The notes under the pieces: generated by a model | What the model was told of the DNA's origin: nothing | The model's database searches: none | The model's input: only the letters and a program-made list of their open reading frames with translations | Program-made: the position numbers and the translations under genes | Assembly: GCF_963921235.1 (NCBI RefSeq) | Contig: NC_086109.1 | Coordinates: 23,500,001-23,564,000 of the forward strand | Source of the DNA: Mobula hypostoma | Lineage: Eukaryota | Reading direction: 5' to 3' | Length of the DNA stretch: 64,000 bases | In this document: in pieces, positions 22,651 through 34,195 of the stretch | How positions within the stretch are numbered: position 1 is the first letter of the stretch | How the letters are laid out: each line of letters begins with the position of its first letter

Positions 22651-25600
22651 GATTTCCTCCCATTCATTCACAGAATGTGTATGCGGTCAATAAGGCTGGC
22701 ATTTATTGCCCGTGTACAATTGACCTGAGCAGCCTCTATGCCAGTTTCCCAGAATACTTCCCATGACAGTGAGTTCCACATCTGTTAATACTTCTGACCC
22801 CTGGTTGTGAAAAGGGGGTGGGTCGGTTTGTCTAGGAGCTTTGCCCATGATCACATGATGGAGCAGACTTGATGGGCCAAATGGCTCATTTCTGCTCCTA
22901 TCTCTTATGGTCTATGTCACTGTTAGCAATCAACCTGACTCCTCTACAGAGAGAAAGAGTTGCCACTTCTAGCTGTCTCTCTTGCTTTTCTCCCACCAAT
23001 CACTTTACCAATTTGAAGTTCTTGTTTGTAGTGGGAGGATAGAATTTGCCAATCAGTGTTTATTTATTTTTAGAGATACAGCATGCAACCAGGCCCTTCC
23101 AGCCCAATGAGCCCACAACACCCTGTAACAATGGGTTCTGCTAGAGAAGCTGAATTCTACAGATGCTTACTTTAGTTGTATGGGAGTTGGATTATAGTTG
23201 AATGTACTTCTGCAGAGATAGCAGACAGCAATTTACACAGACTTGTGGCTGAGAATTGAACTCATCTGGATCAACCATGTCAACCATGCTTCGTGGCAGC
23301 AATGTAGAAAGACATGATTTGGTAAAGGTGCTATAAGATGTAGTATTTTAGAACACTTAGCATCAAAGCTTGGTTGAAACTTTAGTAAGAGTGGAATGTC
23401 ATTCTATATTCCTGCATATGGTCAGTAGGGACTCAGTGGTCTGAAAGGCTGCCTAACATGCTTAGCCATTCTGTATATCTCTGACTGTAAACTGAGTGGT
23501 TTGGCAGACATATTGAAGGACAGTTAACATTCATTGTGGGCCTGGAATCAAATGCAAGCCAACTGGGTAAGAGCAGTGAATTTCCTTCTCTGGGAGACCT
23601 GGAATCAGTTTTATCCCCCCCCCCCCACCAAATTCCAGTACATATTTAAAACAAAATCCAGAATTGAAATAGCTGAATTTATCTTCCCCAGCTGTCATGC
23701 TAGAATTTGAACTTTTGCTTTTGGATCAGTACATTAGGTATCTAGATTACTCAGCAACAGCTTAACCACCAGTTAGCATTAAATACAAAGAAAACAAAAT
23801 ACTGGAAATACTCAGCAGGTCAAGCAATGTCTGTGGAAAGAGAAAATGTTGATGTTTCTGGTCTGGGACCCTGAGGTTCTGATGAAGGGTTTCAAACCTG
23901 AAGCATTAACCCTGTTTCTCTTTCTGCTGCCTGTCCTGTTAAGTGTTACAGCATTTTCTATTTTCATTTTGGCTTTTCGGCATTTGTGTATTGTTAAATT
24001 TTCATTTTCTGTTACAGTTCCCAACATAAGTGGAAGCTGTTTTTTTTAGTTAAAACAGTTCAACAGCAAATATCAAAACCTAGATGGAAATACCCAGATG
24101 GTATTGGTGTCCTATTCACTTATGATATTGTGACACAATTTTTATTTTAGCTATTTTGGGGAGTTTTAACTCTCTTACAGCACCCAAACCCCTTTTGTCC
24201 AAACTGGGTTTTGCTGGCAGGACTGTCCTGCTGATTTAATGCCTGGGCACTCCTGGAGCATGGGCAATACCTTCATGTAGTCCTACAGCGTTCACTGGTA
24301 AACCATGAGTGATTTTGTCAATTGCCCCGGGCTTAGGGGTTTTGTAAACCCCAGCTTTGCGCATACACTAATTTGGATCATATGCTTTCCTGATTCAACT
24401 CTAAGAATGGATGCTTTGTCGTCAGTCTCCAGTGCTCACAGATCTTCAAAGTGGATTGTGGGAGAACGTCCATAAGTCGGGTGATGTTGGATGCACAGTG
24501 GGGTCAGGTGAAATACTGCAGTAGCAGGATTTGTTGTGTCTCTGCCTTCTCAAATTAAGGAGGGAACACAAGGAATTGGGTAATGCGCTTCAATCTAACC
24601 CTATCCAATTCTTGCTTCCTCTGAGAATCCCAGCAACTCAGAATTTGCTCTAAGGGTTGGTGATAAGTTAGGAACGGGAATGAACAGTTAGATCCTATCA
24701 CTATGGTTGAAATCATAAAAGCCTGTAAATTAATTTGTATGTGCTAGCTCTCCAAGCTAGACTGCAATTAGAATCATTTATAATTTTGTCAAAGTGGTAA
24801 AACAAAATCCTTCTTTGCTAAAATAGATGGTTCTGAAATGAATGTACAGCATTTAACAAGGTTGGAGTCTGACACTGTTACCCATGGAATCCTTTTCCAT
24901 TCCACTATAATTTAAGTTTTAGGATTTTTTCAACAAGTACTTTTGAGCATGTTTTGAAATAAAAATACACTCTATCCTGCTTCAGTCTTCTCAACCAGTT
25001 CATGGGTAAAACAGCCCATTATATTTTCAGAGTTGCAAAGGAATGGAAAACTTGCAATGGTGACTTTACAGATTGTTGATGCAAAAATTTACTGTGTGAT
25101 CATCATGTTGCTACTGAGATTATTTACCTCTTTATAAAATATACAGATTGTTTTACTTGAACTGCATCTGTGTTCTTTTGTGCTCTTTGGGAAGACTAGT
25201 TGAACTCCAGGAGGTGGGAAGGAAAGTGGTTTATATTTTCCAGCTGCTTTTTGACCAGTGAGACTGCTGACCAATAGTGTGACTAACAGCCAATGGCTGG
25301 CGACGGGCATGGTTTCTCTGATTTGGGGAAACACTGATGAATAATGAAGGAAAATGACTTCAAATCCCACTGGAGCTGCTTGAAAATGTGATTTTAGTTT
25401 ACAACCAATTCTGCAAGTTAAAAATTGGTAAAGTTAAAAGATCGGCGAAGTGAAGCTTCCTGCAAAGACTGGACAATAATGAACATGGTTCTTTTGACAT
25501 GAAGAAACAGCAACTTCCATCACTGGACTCCTTGCCCTTTTATGGAATGTGGAGACCTCTCTGTTCATTTGCAGAACCTTTGTATGTAATTCGTTGTGTT

Positions 25601-25894
25601 GGATAAAAGCATCCTGAAATAATTGAAGACACCACCTTCTTCATTTTGAAATAAGTGCAGAGAATTACATCTTAGGTTCAAGTTTATTGTATAGGCATAC
25701 ATAAGGTATAAATGCCATAAAAATTAACTTTTTGCAGTAGCAGCGCAGTACATTAGAAACTTGACAGACATAGTTAAGTTAACAAACAATGCATAACTTA
25801 CACAACAAAATAAATATAATTACATTAGGTGCAAATTGAGAGAGAGGAAAGGAAATATAGTCCAAAATACTGATTTCTCATTCTGATAAAATAT

Positions 25895-26775
25895 TTTTCT
25901 CTACCCCTTCCTCTTCTTCTATTCTCCACTCCTGCTTCTTACCTCTTCTCACCTCCCCCTGTATCCCCTCCTCCTTCCCTTCCTCCCATGGTCCATTCTC
26001 CTCTCCTATCACACTCCTTCCTCTCCAGCCCTTTATCTTTCATACTCACCTGGCTTCACCTATTACCTTCTAGCTGTCCTCCTTCGCCTCCCCCCATCTT
26101 TTTATTCTGGTATCTTCGCCTTCCTTTCCACTCCTAAAGAAGGGACACTGTCCAAAACAACAACTGTTTATTCATTTCCATTGATGCTCTCTGACCTGCT
26201 GAGTTTCTCCAGCATTTTGTGTGTGTTGCCTTAGATTTCCAGCAAGTAAAGACTTTCTCATGTTTATACTCCAAAATAGTCTTTTTTCTCAGTTTGGAGG
26301 AACAACACCTTATATTCCGTCGGGGTAGCCTCCAACCTGATGGCATGAACATTGACTTCTCAAACTTCTGCTAATGCCCCACCTCCCCCTCGTACCCCAT
26401 CCGTTATTTATTTATATACACACATTCTTTTTCCCTCTCTCCTTTTTCTCCCTCTGTCCCTCTCACTATACCCCTTGCCCATCCTCTGGGCTTTCCCCCT
26501 CCTCCCCCTTTTCTTTCTCCCTAGGCCTCCTGTCCCATGATCCTCTCATATCCCTTTTGCCAATCACCTGTCCAGCTCTCGGCTCCATCCCTCCCCCTCC
26601 TGTCTTCTCCTATCATTTCGGATCTCCCCCTCCCCCTCCCACTTTCAAATCTCTTACTAGCTCTTCTTTCAGTTAGTCCTGATGAAGAGTCTCGGCCTGA
26701 AACTTCGACTGTACCTCTTCCTAGAGATGCTGCCTGGCCTGCTGCGTTCACCAGTAACTTTTCTGTGTGTTGCTC
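25895..26775 (+). mobile_element. Two head-to-tail Penelope 3' ends (about 25895-26265 and 26290-26775), each with pyrimidine-rich UTR and hammerhead motif
   Basis: Second copy encodes LEEQHLIFRRGSLQPDGMNIDFSNF (PLE ORF end) and has agtcctgatgaagagtctcggcctgaaacttcgact at 26675-26710; the first has a degenerate motif near 26130-26166. Confidence 0.8.
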
Positions 26776-27544
26776 TTTTCTCTTTATTCTTGTTATTTTT
26801 ATAGAAAATATATATACTTTTACCTTGTATCATTTTTATAAATGCTTCACTCATGTCTATTTAACAGTAGAAATTTACAGTCATTAACCAATCTGGCTTA
26901 CATATGTGCCTTCAGTGCAGTTGAGGCTTAACTGTCTCTGAAGTGGCCAAGCAAGTCATCCAGTTATTTCAAACCAATGTGCAGCAGCTGATGGCAGCGG
27001 TCTAGACACATACATATCAGAACCATGGGGCTCGGCAATAAATACTGATCTTGTTTGTGGTGGTCTCTTCCCAAGATGAATTATGTTTCCTTGCACATAT
27101 TTCTGATGTGGTCTTGCTGCAAGACTATAAACTTCAACTCCCACCTCCCACAGTAATTACTTCAATCACAGACATGCCCTCTGACTGGAAGTAAAGTTCG
27201 AGTCAGAAATGAGCTACACAGCTATAGCTGGTGATACTTCAGCAGGTCTCCTTGAATTGTGGGTTCCTGTCAGACATCTGCTGAAGTATCACGAGGTTCT
27301 GATTGAGGTGCTGATCATTGACTGAAATTGTTGTAGAACAAGGGAGCCACCTTGTGACTGAATATTTCTCCTGCAGTTGGAAACAAATAAAACTAAATAA
27401 TTGAATCTGAAACAAAACGTGCTGGAAGAATCGAGCCAGTCATACAGCATCCATGGGAAAACAAGCCAGTCAATGGTTTCAGTCTGCAACCATTTCTCAG
27501 AACTTACTTCCAGTTCTGAGGAAAAGTCACTGACAGGAAATGTT

Positions 27545-28415
27545 AAGCAACATGCACACAATGCTGGAGGAACTCAGCAGGTCAGGCAGCATCCTTAGAA
27601 ATGAATAAAGAGTTGACATTTCAGGCCAAGACCCTTCTTCAGGACTGGAAAGGGAGTGGCCAGAATAAAAAGGTGGGGGAAGGGAGGGAGAATAGCTAGA
27701 AGGTGATAGGTGAAGCCAGGTGTGTTGGAAAGATAAAGGGCTGGAGAGGAAGGAATCTGATAGGAGAGGAGAATGGATCATAGGAAAAAAGGAAAGGAAG
27801 ATGGCACCCAAGGGGAGGTGATAGGCAGGTGAGAAGAGGTAAGAGGCCAGAATGGGGAATAGAAAAAGAGGGGAGGGATTTTTTTTACTGGAAGGAGAAA
27901 ATCGATATTCATGCCATCAGGTTGGAGGCTGCCCAGATGGAATACAAGGTGTTGATCCTCCATCCTGAGGGTGGCCTCATCTTGGCACAAGAGGAGGCCA
28001 TGGACTGATATGTCGGAATGGGAATGTGAATCAGAATTAAAATGTTTGGCCACCAAGAACTTCTGCTTTTGGCAATGGAGCGGTGGTACTCGATGAAGCA
28101 GTCCTCCAATTTACAATGGGTTTCGCCAACGTAGGGGAGGCTGCATAGGGAGCACTGGATACAGTAGATGACCCTAATAGAGTTGCAGGTGAAGTATTGC
28201 CTCACCTGGAAGGACTGCTTGGGGCCCAGGATGGAGGTGAATAAACAGCACTTAGGCTGCTTGAGGGGATAAGTGCCAGGAGGGAGATTAGTGGGGAGAG
28301 ACGAATGGACAAGGGAATCATGAAGGGAGTGATCTCTGTGGAAAGCAGAGAGGGGGAGGAGATAAAGATATGTTTGGTGGTAGGATCTATTTGGAGATGA
28401 CAAAGTTGCAGAGGA
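27545..28415 (-). mobile_element. Penelope-like retroelement 3' fragment: decayed GIY-YIG endonuclease + pLTR with hammerhead
   Basis: ORF peptides FQVRQYFTCNSIRVIYCIQCSLCSLPYVGET (VIY..YVG with CxxC) and VAKHFNSDSHS..LGSLQPDGMNIDF; 14-bp TSD tgacaggaaatgtt (27531-27544, 28416-28429). Confidence 0.9.
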
Positions 28416-30399
28416 TGACAGGAAATGTTGACTGGTTTCTCTTTCAACTGACTGCGTTCTTCCAGCAGTTCTGTCTCCTGCAAGCTCTTTTGACCTGAAA
28501 CAAAGACTATTTTGACCTTCTGTTCAGATAAACATGCTTCAGGGGAACTAACCAACATCAAAGTAACAGATGTGTTGGTCCTTATGCCAGAGGTGTGCAC
28601 TGGTTGGATTTTGGGGCAGTCAGCATAGATAGTGTTGTTACCAATAGCCAGTATGCACATTAAAGACATATGTCTCAACATACATACACAATATATATGA
28701 CCCTCCTAAAAAAGGTAAATTTAAATTCTTCTACCCACTGCTACAAATGCTGTTCATGAGAAATTGGTGGGTGAAGTTTGGCTTCTGTATTCCTTACATA
28801 AAAACAAAACTACCCTTCAAATAATTAATTGAATTTCTCAGGTTGTGAAAGGTGTGGTAGAAGATCACATCTATTTCTTCTCCTTGAGGTCTGTTGGATT
28901 ATATGTGAACATCAGACAGGAAGGTGGGGAAGTTCAAGTCTGACGCTGTCGGGTTGAATGCTTATTCCTCATTTTCCTTGCTTTTTGTTTCCTTTTATGG
29001 ATTGGGCAATTAGAAGAGTCTGAGAGATCTTGAATTCGTTCCTTACATGGCCAAAATTGCAAAGTTGCTCACTGTGTCTTTTCCACCATTTTGTTTTGGC
29101 CATTGAAATGGCTGGCCTATAGTACAGGAGGCACCCAATGCTAGCAATGGACATGGTTCTGATTTGGAGAAAGACCTATTCTGCGGCATGCTGAATAAAT
29201 AATTCAGGAAATATTTGATTTCAGTTTACAACCAATTCTGCAAATTAAGAATTGGTAACATTAAAGTGAAAATGAAACCACCATAAGTGCTGCAGAAACC
29301 CAACCTGTTCAATGGTCCTTTTGCAACGAGAGCCTGCCTGTTGCATATACCCTGTCCATGATCTCCACTGCTACTGGGCTCCCTGCAATTTACCTTAGCA
29401 ATATGCTTTGGGCAATAACTTCTAACCTTCTGAATGATATTCTAGGAATTAATTAAGATTTAAAAATCTAGACTTAAAGATTTGAAAATATTGCCTTTAC
29501 TTAAAAGGATTAAAATGCAGTATTGTCCTGCTGGCTCCAGGTGGCGGTGCAGCATTGCAGAAAGCCAGTGGGATAAATTTTATCTTCTAGTTTTACAGCA
29601 AGAAACAGATGTTCACAAACTGGGCATGGATGTTATTGATTACCTGAAAACTGTGTGGTTAGCAAAATGGGTGCCTAACTACCAAACTGGAGTTTCAGAT
29701 TTGCAGCTGGTCTGCAGAACGAGGTGTAACAGTCTGTAAACAAATTTCTGTGGCTCCCAGCACAAGGCGTATGTTAATGTCGAGTCTTTAGTAGTAAAGT
29801 GTTCCTAGGCACTCTCCAATGGTGACTGCCAAATGAGATCTGACATGGAGCTACAAAAAATGCGATTAGCCTGGTCAAATTTGTAGGATTACAAACTGGA
29901 TCTCTTAGTACAAGCACATTCAGCAATTCCGGATCAGCTTCTTCTCCTCTGCCATCCGATTTCTAAATGCACGTTGAACCCATGAACACAGCTTCACTTT
30001 ATTATTTCAGTTTTTGCACTATTATTTTTAATTTTAACTATTTAATACACACAATTACTTACTGAACTCATTTATTTTTTTCTATCTTTATCATGTATGG
30101 CATTGTTTTGCTGCTGCTATGTTAGCAAATTCCACGATATATGCTGGTGATATTAAACCTGATTCTGATTCTAGTGAAAGTGTCTCATAAAAGACTTTAA
30201 TGCATTGGAGGTTTTGGGAGGAAACTACACATTTGTGTCGGACATGCATAAAATTCCAGGATCGCAATGCATTGAGATCACCGAGGCGTTAATAAAAAGG
30301 TTCCCACCTTGACACTCACCTTCTGCCATTCTCAGATTTTTACACGCAAGGTATTTGAAATTTCACTGTGTGTTCCATAACTACTTGCTGTCTTTTAGA

Positions 30400-30830
30400 G
30401 CCATAAGGTATAGGAGCAGAATTAAATCACTTGGTTTGAGATTGCGCCGTCATTCAGTCATGACTGGTTTTTGTTTTTTCTCAACCCCATTCTCATGCCT
30501 TTTCCCCATAATCTTTAATCCATTTACCAATCAAGAACGTATCAATCTGTCCTTAAATACATGCAATGACTGGGCTTCTTGGTGTTCTGTGGCAATGAAT
30601 TCCACAGATCCATTACCCTCTGGCTGAAGAAATTCGTCTTCATCTTTTCTAAAGGGGTGACCTTATGTTCAGAGACTGTTTCCTTGGATCCCAGACTCTG
30701 TCGCAAATGGAAATGTCCTCTGCATGTCTACTCCACCCAGTCATTTTACTATGTTTCAGTGAGACCCTTCTGAAGTCTATCAAGAGCAGGCTCAGAACTG
30801 TCAAATGCTCCTTGTATGTTAAGCCTTGTA
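30400..30830 (-). mobile_element. CR1 LINE 3' fragment
   Basis: Same tail and antisense signature as 15420-15810. Confidence 0.85.
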
Positions 30831-31419
30831 TGTTGAACTGCCTCTGGGGGGGCCAGCACATGCTTTCTATCAATATGCATCAGAGGTATTTGCTGTAATC
30901 TCTGCCTTGTTATCATTCCATGTTTTATCGAGATATAGAGCCACTAATAATGAGGGTCTCAGTCAAGGCAGAAGATCATTCACCACCCCCCCCCACCCCC
31001 AATGTTTTTCTTCACCTTAATGCCGGCCTCTTATGCAGAATTTCAGGGATTTCCATAGTGCGAGTTGCTTTAAAGTCAGACAGAACATGACTTTTGGGAT
31101 CTTCATACAGAGGTCCTAATGGAACTCAGTCGTAATGTAACACAGTAATATTTCTAGCATCCTTCCAGTCAATTCTACTAGTAGGAATGAGTGCAAGTAT
31201 TATAAATTAAACACTCTTGGTGTAGCAAAAATTGTTAACTGGAGTAGGCTTTCCAGAACACCTAAAAGGAGGAGAGAAATGGAGAGGATGAGTAGAGATG
31301 CCCCCTATACTGGAAAAAAAGAAAAAAAAAAGAAAGAAAAAAAAGCATCTTATCTATGCTCCTATGATTTTATAAACCTCCATAAGGTCATCCCTTAGTT
31401 TCCTTTACTACTGCCTGAT

Positions 31420-31640
31420 ATGCTGCTGGTGTTTAGGGCAGCATTGAAGGTCCCTATCTCTGTTGGTGTACAGGGCTTCCTTCTTCATGTCAGTAGCTTC
31501 CTCCCGGTTTTCAGCACTGTTAATCATGCAATCCCACGTGGACACTCAGGAATACCGTCGCACTCAGATGTAGAAAGGTTCTTCATTGCTGTTTCCATAA
31601 CAATTGTGTTTTACCAGTCAGAGTTGTTAGCCCTGAGTTC
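31420..31640 (-). mobile_element. Non-autonomous bipartite RTE derivative (5'UTR motif joined to RTE 3' end), 5'-truncated
   Basis: Minus strand: CAGGGCTAACAACTCTGACTGGTAAAAC..GTTATGGAAAC (RTE 5'UTR-like) running into CCTTCAATGCTGCCCTAAACACCAGCAGCA (RTE-like 3' end); no ORF. Confidence 0.55.
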
Positions 31641-32572
31641 AGTCTGTCCTTCATTCCAGGGGTAAAAAAAAGTCCTCTGCTTATAACTCAAGCCTTCTAG
31701 TCATGGGAACATCTTGTGAATCTTATCTACACCCTTTTAAGCTTGATGATGTCCTTCCTATAGCTAGGCAACGTATTGGACTGAATCAAGCAAAAGAGTT
31801 CATTCATAGCTATTGGAGTTTTGGCATTATCTACATCACCTCCTATGCCAGTAGTGATTTCCCTGGGAATATCCTGAGAATCTCAGTAAAAAAAAATCAA
31901 AGATCAGAAGAAATAAATGCAAACAATGGAGGCCTGAAGAAAACACTGGACGTTTCCCCTCCTTTAATATCCTTTTTATCTTAATGAGATTATGAAAATT
32001 AGAGTTTGAAACCATTATTTATACCCATTAAACATGTTGAAGGAAATGCAATTATCCAAGCTATTCTCTTTTTAATGTAAATGATTATAATGCTATGAAA
32101 TATTTAAGGAATTGAAAAATACATTGCAGTTTTCAATAAAGAGAAATAAACGAAATGCTTGAAAATAAAAGTAAGATCGGAGGCACAGGAGATGCAGATG
32201 CTGGAATCTAGAGCAAAAAGCAAGAGGCACTCAGGGGATCAAACAGCAACTGTGGGGGGAATGAGATAGTCAACATGCTAGATCAACACCCTTCATCAGC
32301 ACTCTTCTGGAAAAAAAATCTGATTTACATCAGTGATTTTTAAGTCCTCTCACCCCTCAAATATTGAACTGTAAAATTTGACCAGACACCAGTCGCAGTT
32401 TGCGACACATGACTTTGTTTATGTGAGGGAACATATGTTCTGGGAAAAGATCTCAGACCTGAAGCGTTAACCGTTTCTCTTCTCACATTTGCTGCCTGAC
32501 CTGAAGAGTGCCTCCAGAATTTTTCATTTTTTATTATATGCGCCAGGGGTAACATTGTGCGGGAGGCTTTCG

Positions 32573-33285
32573 GAATCAGAATTGGATTTGTTAACACTGA
32601 CTTATATGTCATCAAATGTGTTGTTCTGCAAAGATAAAATTACTATAAGGTACAAAATTAAATAAGTAGTATAAAAATGAGGTAGTGTTTATGGGTTTCA
32701 TGGACCATTTAGAAATCTGATGATGGAGGGGAAGAAGCTGCTTCTGGGACATTGCGTTTGAGTCTTCAGGCACCTCTTCCTTCTCCCCGATGGTCATAAC
32801 AAGAAGAGGGAATGTCCCAGATAGTGATGCCCTTAGTGCTGGATGATACTTTCCTGAGGTACCACCTCTTGAAAGTGTCCTTGATGGTCGGGAGGGTTGT
32901 GCCTGCGATAAAGCTGGCTGAGTGAATAACCCTTTACACCCTCTTGTGATCCTGATGCTCTATACTGGGCTGTGATGCAAGTGATCTCCATCACACATCG
33001 ATAGAAATTTGGAAGAGTCTTTTGTGACCTATTGAATCTCATCAAACTCCTAATGACACTAGAGCTGTTGACGTGCCTTCTTCATGATTGCATCTATGTG
33101 TTGGGCCCAGAACAGATCCTCTGAGATGTTGACACTCAGGAATTTGACGCTGCTCACCCTTTCCCCTCTGGCCCCTCAATGAAGACTGGTCTATGTCCTC
33201 CCAATGTCCTGAAGTTTATAATCAATTACTTGGTCTTGCTGACGGTGAGTGTAAGGTTGTCCTGTGACACCACTCAACCAGCCAA
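32573..33285 (-). mobile_element. Rex1/Babar 3' fragment
   Basis: aatcagaatt..tt tail on + strand; minus-strand peptide MRFNRSQKTLPNFYRCVME. Confidence 0.8.
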
Positions 33286-33474
33286 GAGCAGATCACAACC
33301 TTTATCAGTGGCTCATGGTGGATGTCAACATTTAAATCTTCCAGAGAAGAGGTATCTCCAGGATTCCCAGTTTGAAGCATAATATGATCAGAGAGATGCA
33401 GGCCTTTTGGCCCATCACATCCATGCTAACTATTAAGCACCCATCCAGACAGATCTAATTTACCAACACTTGGT

Positions 33475-34195
33475 CCTCCTCATCTCTGATCTAAGGAGTG
33501 TCCTTCTATTCTGAGGCTCTGTCCTGTGGTCCTAGACTCACCCACTATTGGAAATGTCTTCTCCACTTACACTCTATCCAGCCCTTTGAATATTCAATAG
33601 CTTTTAAAGAGATCCCCCCCATCCCCCCCATTCTTCTAAACTCAGCAAGTACAGGCTCAGAGCTATCAAACGTTTCACATACATTAATTCTTTCTTTCAT
33701 GGAATAATTCTTGTAAACCTCTTCTGGACCCTCTCCAATGCCAGCACATCCTTTCATAGATATGGATGGAAAACTGGCCATACTGATCCAAATGTGATTT
33801 GACCATCACATAATAAAACCTCAGCATTACACGCTTGTTTTTATATACTAGTCTTCTAGAAATGAATGTAACATTGCATTTGCTTTCCTTACTATCATCT
33901 CAACCTGCAAGTTAACCTGTTGGGAATCCTGCACTAGGATTTCAAAGTCCCCTTGACTCTGAATTCTCTCCCCATTTATATAAAAGTCTACGCCTCTATT
34001 CCTTCTATCAAAGTGCATGACCTTACATCTCTCTACACGCTATTCCATCTGCCACTTCTTTGTCCATTCTCCTAATCTGTCCAAGTCCTTTTGCATACTA
34101 TCTGCTTCCTCAACACTACCTGCCCCTTTTCCTATCTTTGTATCATCCAGAAAACCATCAATTCCATCATCCAGATCATTAATGTATAACATCAA
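33475..34195 (-). mobile_element. CR1 ORF2 (RT C-terminal) fragment
   Basis: Peptide LMLYINDLDDGIDGFLDDTKIGKGAGSVEEADSMQKDLDRLGEWTKKWQME. Confidence 0.9.

Larger units (their letters stand above)
17058..24975 (+). other. Putative TFEB 3' UTR; end uncertain (candidate AATAAA at 17995, 18694, 20449, 24958)
   Basis: Follows the stop codon; relatively poor in young repeats, with U/AU-rich blocks. The true cleavage site cannot be determined from sequence alone. Confidence 0.35.

Noticed and set aside
25370..29320. Apparent local duplication (tttacaaccaattctgcaa.ttaa.aattggtaa at about 25397 and 29225)
   Set aside because: Flanks resemble a decayed ancient SINE-like repeat, so these are more likely two dispersed copies than a functional duplication; not verified.
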